A stretch of 64,000 nucleotides of DNA from the human T2T-CHM13v2.0 reference genome, Homo sapiens, in the NCBI RefSeq assembly GCF_009914755.1, contig NC_060929.1. One strand, written 5' to 3'. A program made the translations under genes and the position numbers. Below the pieces are notes generated by a model. The model was not told where the DNA came from, did not search any database, and worked only from the letters and a program-made list of their open reading frames with translations. This document shows positions 53,804-64,000 of the stretch, piece after piece (position 1 is the stretch's first letter; the number at the start of each line of letters is the position of its first letter).

Positions 53804-54086
53804 ATGGCTACCGAGAGTACTCCCTCAGAGATCATAGAAAGAGAAAGAAAAAAGTTGCTTGAAATCCTTCAACATGATCCTGATTCTATCTTAGACACGT
53901 TAACTTCTCGGAGGCTGATTTCTGAGGAAGAGTATGAGACTCTGGAGAATGTTACAGATCTCCTGAAGAAAAGTCGGAAGCTGTTAATTTTGGTACAGAA
54001 AAAGGGAGAGGCGACCTGTCAGCATTTTCTCAAGTGTTTATTTAGTACTTTTCCACAGTCAGCTGCCATTTGCGGCTTAAGGCATG
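53804..54086 (+). CDS. CARD6: Caspase recruitment domain-containing protein 6, coding exon 1 (CARD domain)
   Basis: MATESTPSEIIERERKKLLEILQHDPDSILDTLTSRRLISEEEYETL...CQHFLKCL...; Kozak ACAATGG; phase-1 donor G|GTAAGT at 54087. Confidence 0.95.
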
Positions 54087-55145
54087 GTAAGTTGACTTTG
54101 TATACTTTTTGGGGTGAGAGGAAGGGGGCAGACTTTCTGAAAAAGAAAACAAAATGAAAGAAAATTGTTGCCTTTTATTTTTGTTAGTCTTTTTCTGGAG
54201 ATAATTTTCATTGAAATATGAAATAGGGAAAAACTGGAATTTAAAAAGTTTCTGAAATTTAACATCTTATTGGTTTACTGAATCGATAATTTGTTTTTCA
54301 GACTGTACTCAAAACTTGAAGTTGTTTTAGTGCTAACAAACTGCTCATTATTCTGGCAGTAACATGCTAAAATCTCACAGTTGGAAGGAAAATACTTTAA
54401 TAATAACACAATCCAGGGTTTGTTTTTCAAGTAGATGAATTCGTGGATATTTACAGTGCCAAGACCACAAGCTGTATCTTTCACTTAGTATAGCCGTTTT
54501 GAAAATACAAGGAAAATAATTTTTAACACATAGATGGCAAATCAGTAGTTTCATTTTTTTGGTGATAAGAATGCCAGCAGCAGCTGTTTTCTGGAGCAAT
54601 TCCAGTGCTAATTCTTAAATGGTTCAAAGATAACTAGTAGTCCATGAAAAAGCAATTCTTCCAGTTATTTAGCAATTCTGTAAATTACTACTAGGACTAG
54701 GTCTAGCTCTTTTTCTAGGAATCTAAAAAAAAATTCAAAATTATTTTAAGGGATGTTAGAGAGGTAGAGGCTCAGATAAAAAGGTGAATGTTAGTGATAC
54801 CTAATTTAGGACAAGATTTATATGCTTAGAAATTTTTCTTTTATTATTTCTAAAGCACACTATTCCAAATAGAGCCATTTGCTTACTGATTAGAAATTAT
54901 TTGTGATCAGATTTCATTAGCAATGACCCCAAGAGACGTGAGTCTGTTGTGAGTCACAGTAAGTCCACAAGTAAACACTGTTCATATGATTCAAATTTTT
55001 CGTTTTATTCACTTACCCTGTAAGGTTGCTAGGAAGGACTCAAACTTTAAGCAAGACAGTGGTGTGATCTGATTTTTTTTTTTAGTGGAAAAAAGAAAGT
55101 TCTGAAAGTTGACATGTTGACATGCAAGTTATATAGGAGGTGTTA

Positions 55146-55482
<337 letters not shown>

Positions 55483-55572
55483 GGAGAGGGATGAAGCTTT
55501 GAGGCCTCAGGAACTCTAGCTGTTATACAGCTTCTTTTTCTTAATTGGGAAAAACAATTCTTTTCTTTGCAG

Positions 55573-56130
55573 AAGTTTTAAAACATGAGAATACAGTACC
55601 TCCTCAATCTATGGGGGCAAGCAGTAATTCAGAAGATGCTTTTTCTCCTGGAATAAAACAGCCTGAAGCCCCTGAGATCACAGTGTTCTTCAGTGAGAAG
55701 GAACACTTGGATTTGGAAACCTCTGAGTTTTTCAGGGACAAGAAAACTAGTTATAGGGAAACAGCTTTGTCTGCCAGGAAGAATGAGAAGGAATATGACA
55801 CACCAGAAGTCACATTATCATATTCAGTTGAGAAAGTTGGATGTGAAGTTCCAGCAACTATTACATATATAAAAGATGGACAGAGATATGAGGAGCTAGA
55901 TGATTCTTTATACTTAGGAAAAGAGGAATATCTAGGATCTGTTGACACCCCTGAAGATGCAGAAGCCACTGTGGAAGAGGAGGTTTATGATGACCCAGAG
56001 CACGTTGGATATGATGGTGAAGAGGACTTCGAGAATTCAGAAACCACAGAGTTCTCTGGTGAAGAACCAAGTTATGAGGGATCAGAAACCAGCCTTTCAT
56101 TGGAGGAGGAACAGGAGAAAAGTATAGAAG
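55573..56130 (+). CDS. CARD6: CARD6 coding exon 2 (acidic region, 558 nt); the next exon lies beyond the window
   Basis: Acceptor ttttctttgcag; (E)VLKHENTVPPQSMG...EEEQEKSIE; donor G|GTATGG at 56131. Confidence 0.95.
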
Positions 56131-56679
56131 GTATGGAAATATCTTGTATAGTTAGTTAGGCAACAACTTAATAAGTTAATAAGCTTGCCATGACATAATG
56201 GGGATGGGGGATGAAAAAGGGACAGATGTCAGCAGAAAATCAACTACTAAGAAATTCCTCGTGCCTCTCTGACCTGGAATCTCCTCGAGGTAGGTGTTGA
56301 CTTAAAGGAGCTCCCAGGACCTAGGAAATGATGGACAGCATAAGCAAAAGTAAATATTGATTGTCAGTTTGTAAATTTCTGTAGTTCGTATAAGGAGTTG
56401 CCAATCATTAATTTCCCATTATACGTACGAGGAGTTGCTAATCATTAATTTCAGGCTAACCTATTTCTCAGGTTAAACCACTTTAGTTATTTTAGTGCCT
56501 TTGTGACCAGAGAGATATGGGGATTATGGGTTTGACTATTTAAGTGAAAACAGTCAGTAAATGGCTAAGATCCCAAAATATTGTTACTTGGCTTGATCCA
56601 GTCCACATAATGCCATCTTGATGAGAATTATATTTGTATCTTGAATCTGAATATTTCTTTATTTAAAAAAAATTTGTTT

Positions 56680-63765
<7,086 letters not shown>

Positions 63766-64000
63766 TAGAATCTACTAAGTAAAACTATATATTTCTATAT
63801 ATGCATGCATACTTAAGTACTTGCATAGAAAAAGGATGGGAAGCAAACATACTGTACCATATTGATATCTCCCCTAAAAACGAAGCTGACTTGCCAGAAT
63901 GGTGAAAGGAGACTTCCACTTTATTTATATTGTTTCAGCTTTTTGCAGTGAAAATGTAGATTAGACCGGGTGTAGGGGCTTATGTCTATCCTAGCACTTT

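Overview
Primate, almost certainly human, genomic DNA from the PRKAA1-RPL37-CARD6 locus. The 5p13.1 assignment rests on recognised proteins and gene order, not on an alignment. The window holds PRKAA1 (AMPK alpha1) coding exon 1 with its CpG island and ~10.5 kb of intron 1 (minus strand), the complete 4-exon RPL37 gene (minus strand, 97 aa) with intronic C/D snoRNA SNORD72, and CARD6 coding exons 1-2 (plus strand, head-to-head with RPL37). The rest is mostly Alu (roughly 70 copies or fragments), L1, MaLR/ERV LTR, MER, MIR/L2 and microsatellite sequence. A 5'-truncated SVA with a 14-bp TSD lies ~2.2 kb upstream of PRKAA1. Nearly all ORFs in the supplied track are repeat-derived or GC-rich noise. 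I cannot demonstrate a new biological system from sequence alone. The best leads are: (1) the young SVA_E-like insertion beside the AMPK alpha1 promoter; (2) a cryptic poison/terminal exon with poly(A) signals in PRKAA1 intron 1; (3) an Alu plus twin-primed L1PB composite inside one TSD; (4) a possible ~7-kb RPL37 3' UTR containing inverted Alus; (5) a hydrophobic uORF in frame with CARD6 and separated from it by a single TGA. Repeat subfamily names and repeat boundaries are from recall and are approximate.
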